This document shows positions 26,414 through 35,734 of a stretch of 36,037 bases of DNA, in pieces (the first letter of the stretch is position 1; every line of letters starts with the position of its first letter). Position numbers and translations under genes: made by a program. Below the pieces are notes generated by a model. The model was not told the DNA's origin. It searched no databases and was given only the letters and a program-made list of their open reading frames with translations. This stretch comes from Gammaproteobacteria bacterium (GTDB lineage Bacteria; Pseudomonadota; Gammaproteobacteria; SZUA-229), in contig JBFFSQ010000004.1 in NCBI GenBank assembly GCA_041572275.1, positions 1-36,037 of the forward strand, given 5' to 3'.

Positions 26414-27250
26414 ATGCTCAGCCAACAGGAACTCGAACAGGGCATCAAAGACATCCCCCCTCTATCACCTGCCATAGTTGATATTCTCAACATGTTGAAT
26501 GCAGATACTGATGTGGATTTCAGGCTACTGGAGAAAAAACTCCTTCAAGATCCAGGACTGACTGGGCGCGTGCTGGCACTGGCAAACTCACCTTTCTTCG
26601 GTATGGCGGGAGAAGTGAGCCGCGTTAAAGATGCCTGCCTGATTTTAGGGATTAATGCCATCCGAAACCTGGTCATCTCGACTGCCATGATGAAACAATT
26701 TTCATCAAGCTCGGCCAGCAACCTGGATATACAAGGACTCTGGCGTCATTCTATTGCCAGCGCCTCTGCGGCTATAAGCCTGTCACGACACACCAAAATT
26801 GACCAGGACCAGGCATTTACCGCCGCCCTGCTCCATGACATCGGTAAAATGGTGCTCGATATACACTTTCCAGAACATTACCTGCAGGTCATTAAATATC
26901 AACAGGAACAGCAATGCCTCATTCGTGAAGCTGAAGAACACATACTGGGCTGTGACCATAGCGAAGTCGGTGCTCTGGTGGCCCAGAAATGGAAATTACC
27001 CAACGAAATCATTAACACCATCAGAGACCATCATGACCGCGCCGATCCAGAAACAACCGTATTATCAGACCTTGTTAATTTATCCGACATTGTCAGCCGT
27101 GGCCTCGCCCTCGGTAATCCAGGCGATGGTTTTATACCTGAGTTAAACGTGAATATACCGCTCAGACTAAATATTAGCTTAGAGGACATTGCAGACAGCC
27201 TGGCCGAAATTGAAGCACTGTATGACAGCTTCGTCAGCCTGATTGAATAA
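26414..27250 (+). CDS. HDOD domain protein
   Basis: IPPLS, QDPGLTGRVLALANSPFFG, LWRHS, AALLHDIGK, DHSEVG..VAQKWKLP and HH motifs. Confidence 0.92.
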   Translation: MLSQQELEQGIKDIPPLSPAIVDILNMLNADTDVDFRLLEKKLLQDPGLTGRVLALANSPFFGMAGEVSRVKDACLILGINAIRNLVISTAMMKQFSSSSASNLDIQGLWRHSIASASAAISLSRHTKIDQDQAFTAALLHDIGKMVLDIHFPEHYLQVIKYQQEQQCLIREAEEHILGCDHSEVGALVAQKWKLPNEIINTIRDHHDRADPETTVLSDLVNLSDIVSRGLALGNPGDGFIPELNVNIPLRLNISLEDIADSLAEIEALYDSFVSLIE

Positions 27251-27357
27251 GAGAAAATATTGACCTATACATTAATTAATGATGTGTGCATAAACCCGAT
27301 CAGTTAGGCCGTAATCATGATGATATCTTCCACACTCCTAATCAGGCGAACTCGAAC

Positions 27358-28923
27358 ATGAACACCCCGGATATCACACAATGCATGAGTAATTTAAAAG
27401 CGGCAATTAACAGCATGCATCACGCCGGCACTTCAGCGCCAGAGTCAATCGCTGAACAGATTGATGCTGAACTAGATAGTTTAACCAGGGCTGTAGATGA
27501 TGCGTGTAAACAATCTAAACTGGAATCCTCGTCACTAAGCCGAGCCAATGTCAGCATGGTCTTACTTATCGATGCCATGGCTGAATGGCAAACCGCCGAC
27601 ATCGAACGCCAGAAGTCAACTGATAGCCAAAACCTTGAGCTGTTTAAACCAGCACTGGTCGATTTAATGAATGCCACAGATGCACAATTCTCAGTGCTTA
27701 AATTCTATTCCGACAATCACGAAACAAACGGTTTCTATGGCGTTGACACCAGCACAGGCACAACCAAGACTATTACTGACGAATCGGAATTAAGAGGCCT
27801 TGTGCAGTTACATCTGAACTCAACGGTAGTCGAGAAAATTAACGATCTAAGCCACAATGCTCGCACCTGTGATCGGATCGATAGTCTTCAAGGTATTCAT
27901 AACCTGCTCAGCCTGCCACTCATATCAGGCCCCACCATCAAAGGGAAAATATTCATTGCCAATAAAAAAAATGGCCAGGTATTTGATGAGAATGATGTGA
28001 TTATTTGCCGACTATTTAAAACGGCCATATCCCATATCATGGAACGTGACGACCTGCTCATTCAGATCAACCAGGAAAAGGAAGAGCACAAATTATTAAC
28101 CGAAAAAATACACAAGGCTCAAAACCAACTCCTGCAATCTGAAAAAATGGCTTCTATTGGCTCCTTGGCGGCTGGTGTCGCCCATGAAATAAATAACCCG
28201 GTGGGATACATCAACTCGAATATCAGCAGCCTTAAAAATTATATTGCCGATGTATTTCAGATCCTGAATAAATACAATGAACTCGAACCCTCACTAAGCA
28301 ACCAACAAATAAAAGACATAAAAGAACTAAAAGACCAATTAGATATTGATTTCATAAAAGACGACATTATCGAATTGGTCAGCGAATCAGAAGAAGGCGT
28401 AAAGCGAGTCAAGCAAATTGTCCAGGACCTCAAAGACTTCTCTCATGTCGATGAAGCTGAATGGCAATGGACAAATATACATAACGGTATAAACAGCACA
28501 TTAAATATTGCGCATAACGAAACCAAATACAAAGCTGAGGTTATCAAGGAATTTGGCGACATACCCGACATAGAATGCATTATTTCACAACTTAATCAGG
28601 TATTCATGAACCTGATCGTTAATGCCGCCCAGGCAATAGATGACAAAGGCACCATTACCATAAAAACAGAAGCCATCGACACAAACAGGATTCGAATTAC
28701 AATCTCAGACACTGGCAAAGGAATATCAGAAGACAATCTAAATCGAGTATTCGATCCATTCTACACCACCAAACCAGTAGGTAAGGGCACCGGCCTTGGC
28801 CTTTCACTATCTTTTAGCATCATAGAGAAACATCATGGCACAATTGACTTAACCAGCCAGGTAGGCAAAGGAACCATATTCACCATCGAACTTCCCATCC
28901 AGCAACCCGAACCTGCTGCCTGA
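27358..28923 (+). CDS. Cytoplasmic GAF sensor histidine kinase
   Basis: GAF-like segment, H-box SEKMASIG.LAAGVAHEINNP, N-box QVFMNLIVNA, DTGKG, FDPFYTTK and GTGLGL. No TM segment. Start uncertain (GTG 27286 or ATG 27358). Confidence 0.9.
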   Translation: MNTPDITQCMSNLKAAINSMHHAGTSAPESIAEQIDAELDSLTRAVDDACKQSKLESSSLSRANVSMVLLIDAMAEWQTADIERQKSTDSQNLELFKPALVDLMNATDAQFSVLKFYSDNHETNGFYGVDTSTGTTKTITDESELRGLVQLHLNSTVVEKINDLSHNARTCDRIDSLQGIHNLLSLPLISGPTIKGKIFIANKKNGQVFDENDVIICRLFKTAISHIMERDDLLIQINQEKEEHKLLTEKIHKAQNQLLQSEKMASIGSLAAGVAHEINNPVGYINSNISSLKNYIADVFQILNKYNELEPSLSNQQIKDIKELKDQLDIDFIKDDIIELVSESEEGVKRVKQIVQDLKDFSHVDEAEWQWTNIHNGINSTLNIAHNETKYKAEVIKEFGDIPDIECIISQLNQVFMNLIVNAAQAIDDKGTITIKTEAIDTNRIRITISDTGKGISEDNLNRVFDPFYTTKPVGKGTGLGLSLSFSIIEKHHGTIDLTSQVGKGTIFTIELPIQQPEPAA

Positions 28924-28948
28924 CACGCACTTAAACACATGAACCATC

Positions 28949-30265
28949 ATGACCACAAACAACCCAGCATCTACCATTGAAAAAGCCAGCTTGCTTTTCG
29001 TCGACGATGAAAAAAATATATTATCGTCATTAAAACGACTGTTCCGCAGCGAAGGTTACACTATACACCTGGCCAACAGCGGAGCCGAAGGATTGGACAT
29101 CCTTACAACACATAAAATCAATCTGGTCATATCAGACATGCGCATGCCGGAGATGAATGGTGCCGAATTTCTGGAAAAAGTCGCTACCACATGGCCTGCC
29201 GTAACTCGAATACTACTAACCGGATATTCTGAAGTATCCTCAACTATTGACGCCGTAAACAAAGGCAACATCTACAAATACATTAGCAAGCCATGGGAAG
29301 ACAATGACATTAAATTAACTGTCAAGCACGCACTCGAAGCCCAGGCAATTGAAATAGAACGCGACAAGTTACTCGCGCTAACCCAACGTCAAAATGAAGA
29401 ACTTAAAGACTTCAATAGCAAACTAGAAGACATGGTCAAGACACGCACTGCAGAACTCGACCAGACCATGGCCATGCTGGAACGTGCTTATGAGACACTA
29501 AAGGATAGCTACTCGACCACTATACAAGTTTTCTCCAACCTCATTGAACTAAGAGAAGATAATCTTCAAAGCCATTCTAAACAGGTCGCCCAACAGGCCT
29601 ATGATCTGGCATTAACCGTGGGCATGACTGACGACACTGCAAAACAGATTTCTTTTGCCGGACTGTTACGAAATATTGGAAAAATCGGATTCGCAGACAG
29701 CATAAACAGGAAATCTGTTGATGACATGACTCCTACCGAAGCAATTCAGTACAAAAAACACCCGATCCTAGGCTCAAGTATTCTTATGGCCTTAGAACCA
29801 CTGCAAACTGCCGCCTCACTTATCCATGGCTACTGTGAACAATATGATGGCCATGGCTACCCCGATCAACTAGCTGGTGAGAACATCCCCCTTGGCTGCC
29901 GAATCCTCAACGTGGTTAGCGATTTTCATGCATTACAGACGGGCACTCTCATACCAAAAAAACTAGATACCGAGCAAGCAAGAGATTATTTATTATCACA
30001 ACGCGGCAAACGCTACGACCCCAACATTGTCAATGCCTTTATCAATGAACTCATCAAAAATGAACAGCATGACAACATACAAAAGGAAACACTGATTTCT
30101 GCCCATCAGCTCAAAATCAACATGAAACTAGCAAGAGACCTTGTAACCAAAGATGGCATTCTATTGCTATCTGAAGGCCACTTGCTTGGTGAACATATGA
30201 TTAAACAGATAAATAAACTTGAAAAATCACTGGATGAAACACTACAAATTTATATTCACTCTTAA
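28949..30265 (+). CDS. Response regulator with degenerate HD-GYP domain
   Basis: Receiver motifs FVDDE, SDMRMP and SKPW. HD-GYP-like region with LLRNIGKIG in place of LLHDIGK, KKHP, and GYCEQYDGHGYP. Confidence 0.88.
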   Translation: MTTNNPASTIEKASLLFVDDEKNILSSLKRLFRSEGYTIHLANSGAEGLDILTTHKINLVISDMRMPEMNGAEFLEKVATTWPAVTRILLTGYSEVSSTIDAVNKGNIYKYISKPWEDNDIKLTVKHALEAQAIEIERDKLLALTQRQNEELKDFNSKLEDMVKTRTAELDQTMAMLERAYETLKDSYSTTIQVFSNLIELREDNLQSHSKQVAQQAYDLALTVGMTDDTAKQISFAGLLRNIGKIGFADSINRKSVDDMTPTEAIQYKKHPILGSSILMALEPLQTAASLIHGYCEQYDGHGYPDQLAGENIPLGCRILNVVSDFHALQTGTLIPKKLDTEQARDYLLSQRGKRYDPNIVNAFINELIKNEQHDNIQKETLISAHQLKINMKLARDLVTKDGILLLSEGHLLGEHMIKQINKLEKSLDETLQIYIHS

Positions 30266-30279
30266 TATTGAGAACCACC

Positions 30280-30819
30280 ATGTACCAAATAATGTTAGTA
30301 GATGATGAAGAAAACATTCTTAAAGCATTAAAACGTGTGCTCGCCGTCAAAAAAGACTGGAACATAGAAGCTTTTACCTGCGCAGAAGAAGCACTTGCAC
30401 GTGCAACCAAAAAAACATTTGATCTCTATTTATCCGACTATCGAATGCCCAAAATCGATGGTATCAGCTTCCTCACTGCCACCAAAAGCATACATCCTAA
30501 CGCTATGAGAATTGTCCTTAGCGGCTATACAGATTATGACGCTCTCATGGGCGCTATTAATCAAGCCGAAATATTTAGATTCATTACCAAACCCTGGAAT
30601 GACGAGTACCTGATAAATGCAATAACTCAGGCACTGACCTATAAAGACACCTTAATTGAAAATCAGCGACTAGCTGACCAGGTCAGAGCCCAACAAGTTC
30701 AACTTAATAAACAAAAACAAATATTTGAAGACTATAAATCTAAACACCCTGACCTATTTAATGTTGAGTGGGCTGCCGATGGCTCAATAATTATTAACGA
30801 TGATACAGATACAGACTAA
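30280..30819 (+). CDS. Receiver-domain protein with C-terminal coiled coil
   Basis: LVDDE, SDYRMP, LSGYT and TKPW motifs. Short helical tail ending VEWAADGSIII. Start set at ATG 30280. Confidence 0.88.
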   Translation: MYQIMLVDDEENILKALKRVLAVKKDWNIEAFTCAEEALARATKKTFDLYLSDYRMPKIDGISFLTATKSIHPNAMRIVLSGYTDYDALMGAINQAEIFRFITKPWNDEYLINAITQALTYKDTLIENQRLADQVRAQQVQLNKQKQIFEDYKSKHPDLFNVEWAADGSIIINDDTDTD

Positions 30820-30898
30820 GCTGCCATGGTAGTTTCTACCTAAGTCAAAACAAATTCACAATAACTCTTATCACAAGTTTTTCTATGAGATCTTAATA

Positions 30899-32272
30899 TT
30901 GACAGTGAAAATCAACACCACATGGATCTATAACCTTTACCGACTCGGACAGAAGGCCGCTTCTGCTCATGCTAAAGAATCAGCAAGAGAAGATTTCCTA
31001 AGATATATCATTTCAGCCTTTAATGCTGACTCAGGATCATTAGCGCAATCATTGGCCGATGACAAAACTCTCATGATTGTTGCTGGCATTGACATCCCAA
31101 GACAGGCTATTGGTAGCACAATCAAATTCGGCTCAGCCGTTCTTGGCTGGGTTGCAGAAAACAAAAAACCCTTATTGATTAATGGCAAAATATCCAGTGA
31201 TAGCGAATTCAGTAAGCAATTCAAGAACAAACAAGCCAACAAGGAAAAATCATCCATGTGCTGGCCTTTGTTGATCGACAAACAAGTAGTAGGAGTCATC
31301 AGCATCAATAAAAACATGGACAATGGACAATTCACTCAAGATGATCTCAATCGCGGCAATAACTTAATGCACTTCGTCGCACTCGCTGTAGAAACGGCAC
31401 GATCCCATGATCAAACCGAACAATTACTTCAAGATCAAATCAAGCTAAATAAACGGCTTGAAGAGGCACAAAATCAGCTATTACAATCAGAAAAAATGGC
31501 CTCAATTGGTCAATTAGCTGCCGGCGTTGCTCATGAAATCAACAACCCTGTCGGCTACATAAACTCTAATCTTTCAACTCTTGCCAGCTATATCAACAGC
31601 ATATCCAAAATGCTACAGTTGTATGCTGACACTGCTGATCCTGTACTTAAACAAACACCTGAGCATTACAAAAAAATAAAAGATCACAAAAATGATATTG
31701 ACCTTGAATTCATTATGGAAGACCTGCAATCACTCATTGCAGAATCCATGGAAGGCGTTACCCGTGTTAAAAAAATTGTTCAGGACCTAAAGGACTTTTC
31801 CCACGTAGATGAATCAGAATTTAATTGGGCTGATATCCATGGTGGCATCGATAGCACGCTCAACATAGCCCATAATGAAATCAAATATAAAGCCAACGTT
31901 ATCAAAGAATATGGTGACATACCGGAAGTTGAGTGCATTGCATCTCAAATTAACCAGGTATTTATGAATATTCTGGTTAATGCTGCCCATGCTATTGAAG
32001 ACCAAGGAACCATTACCATAAAAACTGGCCGCGGTGATGACGACAATATCTGGATTATTATCCGTGATACTGGATCAGGCATACCCGAGAAGAATCTAAA
32101 GCGAATATTCGATCCTTTTTTTACATCTAAACCGGTTGGACACGGCACCGGCCTTGGGCTGTCCTTATCGTATAGCATTATCGAGAAACATAAAGGACGA
32201 ATAGAAGTTGACAGTACACTTGGGCAAGGTACTGAATTTACAATCTGGCTGCCTATTCAACAACCATCATAA
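30899..32272 (+). CDS. Cytoplasmic GAF sensor histidine kinase (paralog of 27358-28923)
   Basis: GAF segment (GSAVLGWVAENKKPLLI...SMCWPL...VGVISINK), H-box AHEINNP, and N, G1, F, G2 boxes. TTG start. Confidence 0.9.
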   Translation: MTVKINTTWIYNLYRLGQKAASAHAKESAREDFLRYIISAFNADSGSLAQSLADDKTLMIVAGIDIPRQAIGSTIKFGSAVLGWVAENKKPLLINGKISSDSEFSKQFKNKQANKEKSSMCWPLLIDKQVVGVISINKNMDNGQFTQDDLNRGNNLMHFVALAVETARSHDQTEQLLQDQIKLNKRLEEAQNQLLQSEKMASIGQLAAGVAHEINNPVGYINSNLSTLASYINSISKMLQLYADTADPVLKQTPEHYKKIKDHKNDIDLEFIMEDLQSLIAESMEGVTRVKKIVQDLKDFSHVDESEFNWADIHGGIDSTLNIAHNEIKYKANVIKEYGDIPEVECIASQINQVFMNILVNAAHAIEDQGTITIKTGRGDDDNIWIIIRDTGSGIPEKNLKRIFDPFFTSKPVGHGTGLGLSLSYSIIEKHKGRIEVDSTLGQGTEFTIWLPIQQPS

Positions 32273-32283
32273 ACCCATACATA

Positions 32284-33063
32284 TTAATCTCCGACATATG
32301 ATTCAACGTTATCCGGTTTTCGCTCTAACCAATTCAATTCATGTGGGTTAAAACCATGCTCAATGGTTAGTTTTACAATCTGGAAATAAGGTGAGACATC
32401 GAAATCCCGTGGCGTTATCAGGGTATGATGGCGAGGTAATAACGCTTCTTCATAACACTCCAGGCCTCCAGGCCCGGTTCCAGCATGCACTATTACATCA
32501 GGTAAAATCGGATACCCAACAGACTGGAAGGCCTCTGCAATCATGGACGAACAAATTGCCCGGGTCGGATCTCCACTACCCAGTGACAATAACTGGCGAC
32601 GCCAGCGATTAGGAACAGGAGGTGTTTGAATTAGATAACGGACCAAATCAATAATATTTTTCAGATCATACTGATGCCCCATACGTGACATGGCGTGAGC
32701 TAGCAGGCGCTCGATTTCCGCTTCTTGCAAACCTACGGGACGACAGATACGGGTACCCATGGCAGCATAATGACTCAACGGCATCAATCGTACGCCCTCA
32801 ACGACATCTGCCTCTATTAACCAGTGCCGATTTTCAGACTGGCCACTCAAGGCTCCAACATAGAGAGCAGCATGGGACCAATTGGACTGGGTGATAAATT
32901 TAATGGCCGCACTAATTCGACTGTTACCATCCACTAACAGCACATCACCCTTTTGAATAGTTGTGGACAACACCTCCAACCCACAACTAGAGGCTACCGA
33001 CTCCGGTAATCGCGGCCTCGATAAATAGCGTGCCAGTAATCGCCCAACAGGTTCGAGTATCAC
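32284..33063 (-). CDS. YiiX/YebB-like permuted papain (NlpC/P60) family protein
   Basis: GDVLLV, His motif WSHAALY placed before Cys motif AICSSMIA (permuted order), ITPRDFD. Confidence 0.8.
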   Translation of the reverse strand: MILEPVGRLLARYLSRPRLPESVASSCGLEVLSTTIQKGDVLLVDGNSRISAAIKFITQSNWSHAALYVGALSGQSENRHWLIEADVVEGVRLMPLSHYAAMGTRICRPVGLQEAEIERLLAHAMSRMGHQYDLKNIIDLVRYLIQTPPVPNRWRRQLLSLGSGDPTRAICSSMIAEAFQSVGYPILPDVIVHAGTGPGGLECYEEALLPRHHTLITPRDFDVSPYFQIVKLTIEHGFNPHELNWLERKPDNVESYVGD

Positions 33064-33219
33064 AAGCGCTGATCCTGATCGTCATTGATACTACTATTGG
33101 ACCATAACTGCAGCCATTGATTCTGCAGATCCCCCTGATCTACACTCCAGTCAGCACTGTAATCACCAGCTATGGCCAGTCACACCTGGAGCAAAGCACA
33201 TCTAACACACCTTTACAGC

Positions 33220-33798
33220 TTAACGCTCCGTCTGACTACCATGGTATCTAAAGCATCCCTGGGTATGATCATTAACCAGGCCAACCGCTTGCATATAGGC
33301 ATAACAGATCGTCGGCCCAACAAACTTGAAACCGCGTTGCTTTAAATCCCGACTCATCATCTCCGAGATAGGTGTTGAAACCGGTATCTCATTAATTGTC
33401 CGCCAGCGATTCAGTACCGGTTCACCATCGACAAATTGCCAGATATAGTCGGCAAATGTGGAATATTCATCCAGTACTTTCAAATAAGCGCGTGCATTGA
33501 CCACTGCCGCATTGACTTTAAGTTTGTTGCGAATAATGCCGGGATTCTGTAACAGCTGATCAATTTTTTTGGGACCAAATCGTGCCATCTTTTCCGCAAC
33601 AAAACCGGCATACGCTTTACGATAATTTTCACGTTTTTTAAGAACGGTCAGCCAGCTGAGTCCTGCCTGCGCCCCTTCCAGGACCAGCATCTCAAACAGA
33701 TGTGCATCATCATAACTAGGCACACCCCACTCCTCATCATGATAGGTAATATACAGTGGCTCATCAGTCACCCATTCACAACGTTTTAGCTCATTCAT
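33220..33798 (-). CDS. tag: DNA-3-methyladenine glycosylase I
   Basis: RCEW, YHDEEWG, LEGAQAGLSW, IIRNKLK, GFKFVG and NDHTQGC motifs. Confidence 0.97.
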   Translation of the reverse strand: MNELKRCEWVTDEPLYITYHDEEWGVPSYDDAHLFEMLVLEGAQAGLSWLTVLKKRENYRKAYAGFVAEKMARFGPKKIDQLLQNPGIIRNKLKVNAAVVNARAYLKVLDEYSTFADYIWQFVDGEPVLNRWRTINEIPVSTPISEMMSRDLKQRGFKFVGPTICYAYMQAVGLVNDHTQGCFRYHGSQTER

Positions 33799-33959
33799 CT
33801 CTTGGTCCTTGTCTCCACAACGACTGCTAGTACATCATTAAACACCAATGCCTGCCAATTAGCCTATCCTCACACACTCTACTCCCCTGTATTTTCGCGT
33901 GCCCCCATTTTAAGGTAAAATCCCCAGCCTTAATTCATAAGTAACATCAGGATCACCCC

Positions 33960-35240
33960 ATGAGCCAAACTGAACAGTTCCAACAAGCCCAATCTGTCAT
34001 TCCCGGCGGCGTTAACTCCCCAGTCCGGGCATTTAAGGGTGTCGGTGGTGATCCGGTGTTTATCGACAGGGCTGCAGGTGCTTATTTCTGGGATACCGAT
34101 GGCAAACGTTATATCGATTATGTGGGCTCCTGGGGTCCAATGATTCTGGGCCATGCTCACCCGGATGTCATCCAGACCGTTAAGGATACTGCCGAAAAAG
34201 GCCTGAGTTTTGGTGCTCCAACAGTCATTGAAACTGAAATGGCTCGTAAAATTTGTGAGCTGGTGCCCTCGATTGAATTGGTACGCATGGTCAGTTCCGG
34301 CACTGAAGCCACCATGAGCGCGATACGTCTGGCACGCGGTTTCACCGGTCGTGACACGATCGTCAAGTTTGAAGGTTGTTACCATGGTCACTCTGATTCC
34401 CTGCTGGTCAAAGCCGGTTCTGGCGCCCTTACCCTGGGCGTTCCCAGCTCGCCAGGTGTACCCGCTGCGCTTGCTGAACAAACCCTGACACTGACCTATA
34501 ACGACATCGACCAGGTCCGCGAGGTCTTTAAACAACAGGGGGAAAAAATTGCCTGCATTATCGTAGAACCGGTAGCAGGTAATATGAACTGTATTCCCCC
34601 CGTACCTGGCTTTCTTGAAGGGCTACGTGAAGTCTGTGATGAATACGGCAGCGTGCTGATTTTTGATGAAGTGATGACCGGCTTTCGTGTTGCCTTAGGC
34701 GGTGCCCAGTCTGTATACAACATTAAACCTGACCTCACCACACTGGGTAAAGTTGTTGGGGGTGGCATGCCAGTCGGCGCCTTCGGTGGACGCCGTGACA
34801 TTATGGAGCACATTGCACCGCTGGGACCTGTGTACCAGGCTGGCACACTTTCCGGTAATCCAATAGCTATGGCTGCAGGCCTTAAAACCCTGGAACTGAT
34901 CTCAGCCGACGGTTTTTATGATGCACTGGCCGCCAAGGTCAATACGCTAGTCGATGGCATCATGGCGAAAGCCAAAGAAGCCGGCATTCCCATGACCGCC
35001 AACACGGTTGGCGGCATGTTTGGTCTGTTCTTCACCGAGGCTGACACAGTAAGTAATTTCCAGCAAGTGACTGAATGTGATGTCGCGCGTTTCAATAGTT
35101 TCTTTCACGGCATGCTAGATGAGGGCATTTACCTCGCGCCCTCGGCCTATGAAGCCGGTTTTGTGACCAGCACCCACAGTGCCGAAGACATCCAGGCCAC
35201 CATTGATGCCGCAGCCAAAGTACTGGAGACGCTGTCATGA
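33960..35240 (+). CDS. hemL: Glutamate-1-semialdehyde 2,1-aminomutase
   Basis: [41 protein letters not shown] (PLP Lys) and [10 protein letters not shown]. Confidence 0.98.
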   Translation: MSQTEQFQQAQSVIPGGVNSPVRAFKGVGGDPVFIDRAAGAYFWDTDGKRYIDYVGSWGPMILGHAHPDVIQTVKDTAEKGLSFGAPTVIETEMARKICELVPSIELVRMVSSGTEATMSAIRLARGFTGRDTIVKFEGCYHGHSDSLLVKAGSGALTLGVPSSPGVPAALAEQTLTLTYNDIDQVREVFKQQGEKIACIIVEPVAGNMNCIPPVPGFLEGLREVCDEYGSVLIFDEVMTGFRVALGGAQSVYNIKPDLTTLGKVVGGGMPVGAFGGRRDIMEHIAPLGPVYQAGTLSGNPIAMAAGLKTLELISADGFYDALAAKVNTLVDGIMAKAKEAGIPMTANTVGGMFGLFFTEADTVSNFQQVTECDVARFNSFFHGMLDEGIYLAPSAYEAGFVTSTHSAEDIQATIDAAAKVLETLS

Positions 35241-35536
35241 GTCACGTCAACTGTTATATCTACCGTTGCTCAGCAAAACCTGACATGTACATTTACCTGG
35301 CTGAAAAAGATCAGTTCGATAAGATTCCTGACCAGTTATACAGCAAACTGGGGCGTATTGATTTTGCGATGGAGCTGGAACTGAACAAAGATAAAAAACT
35401 AGCCAAGGAAGATACTGCACAGGTAATGGAAAACCTGAAAACCCAGGGTTTTCATTTACAAATGCCCAGTAACACCTCTGTGGATGACTTACTTGAAAAA
35501 ATTGCGGCCGATCAACTCAAACAATACCATGACTAA
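35237..35536 (+). CDS. ycgL: YcgL domain protein
   Basis: CYIYR.S.K..MYIY, KKLAKED and QGFHLQMP motifs. ATGA overlap with hemL. Confidence 0.88.
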   Translation: MSHVNCYIYRCSAKPDMYIYLAEKDQFDKIPDQLYSKLGRIDFAMELELNKDKKLAKEDTAQVMENLKTQGFHLQMPSNTSVDDLLEKIAADQLKQYHD

Positions 35537-35662
35537 ATTCCACCAGGCTGATTTTGTTGTAAAAATATTATAAAATCACCAGCTTAGCCATACAGGTTAC
35601 TATAGACTTTAGGACAGCTTCACTTTTTTTACACACACGTCCTGTTTGGCCAAACTATAAAA

Positions 35663-35692
35663 AAACCTCAACAAACTAGAGGTTTATTTTTT
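35663..35692 (+). terminator. Weak terminator-like hairpin downstream of ycgL / upstream of the csp-like gene
   Basis: AAACCTC-(9 nt)-GAGGTTT followed by ATTTTTT. Confidence 0.4.
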
Positions 35693-35734
35693 CCATACTT
35701 ATTTTTTAACAATTTACAGTGAGAAAATGACACC

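Noticed and set aside
27291-27315. Sigma-28-like promoter TAAA...GCCGTAAT upstream of the first kinase
   Set aside because: The spacer is 13 nt rather than about 15 and the -10 is imperfect, so it cannot be supported.
25131-33959. Calling the low-GC block a mobile element or prophage
   Set aside because: No integrase, transposase, att-like direct repeats or phage genes are visible, so it is reported only as an accessory block.
33930-34535. 201-aa minus-strand ORF
   Set aside because: Antisense shadow of the highly conserved hemL, with no recognisable motifs.
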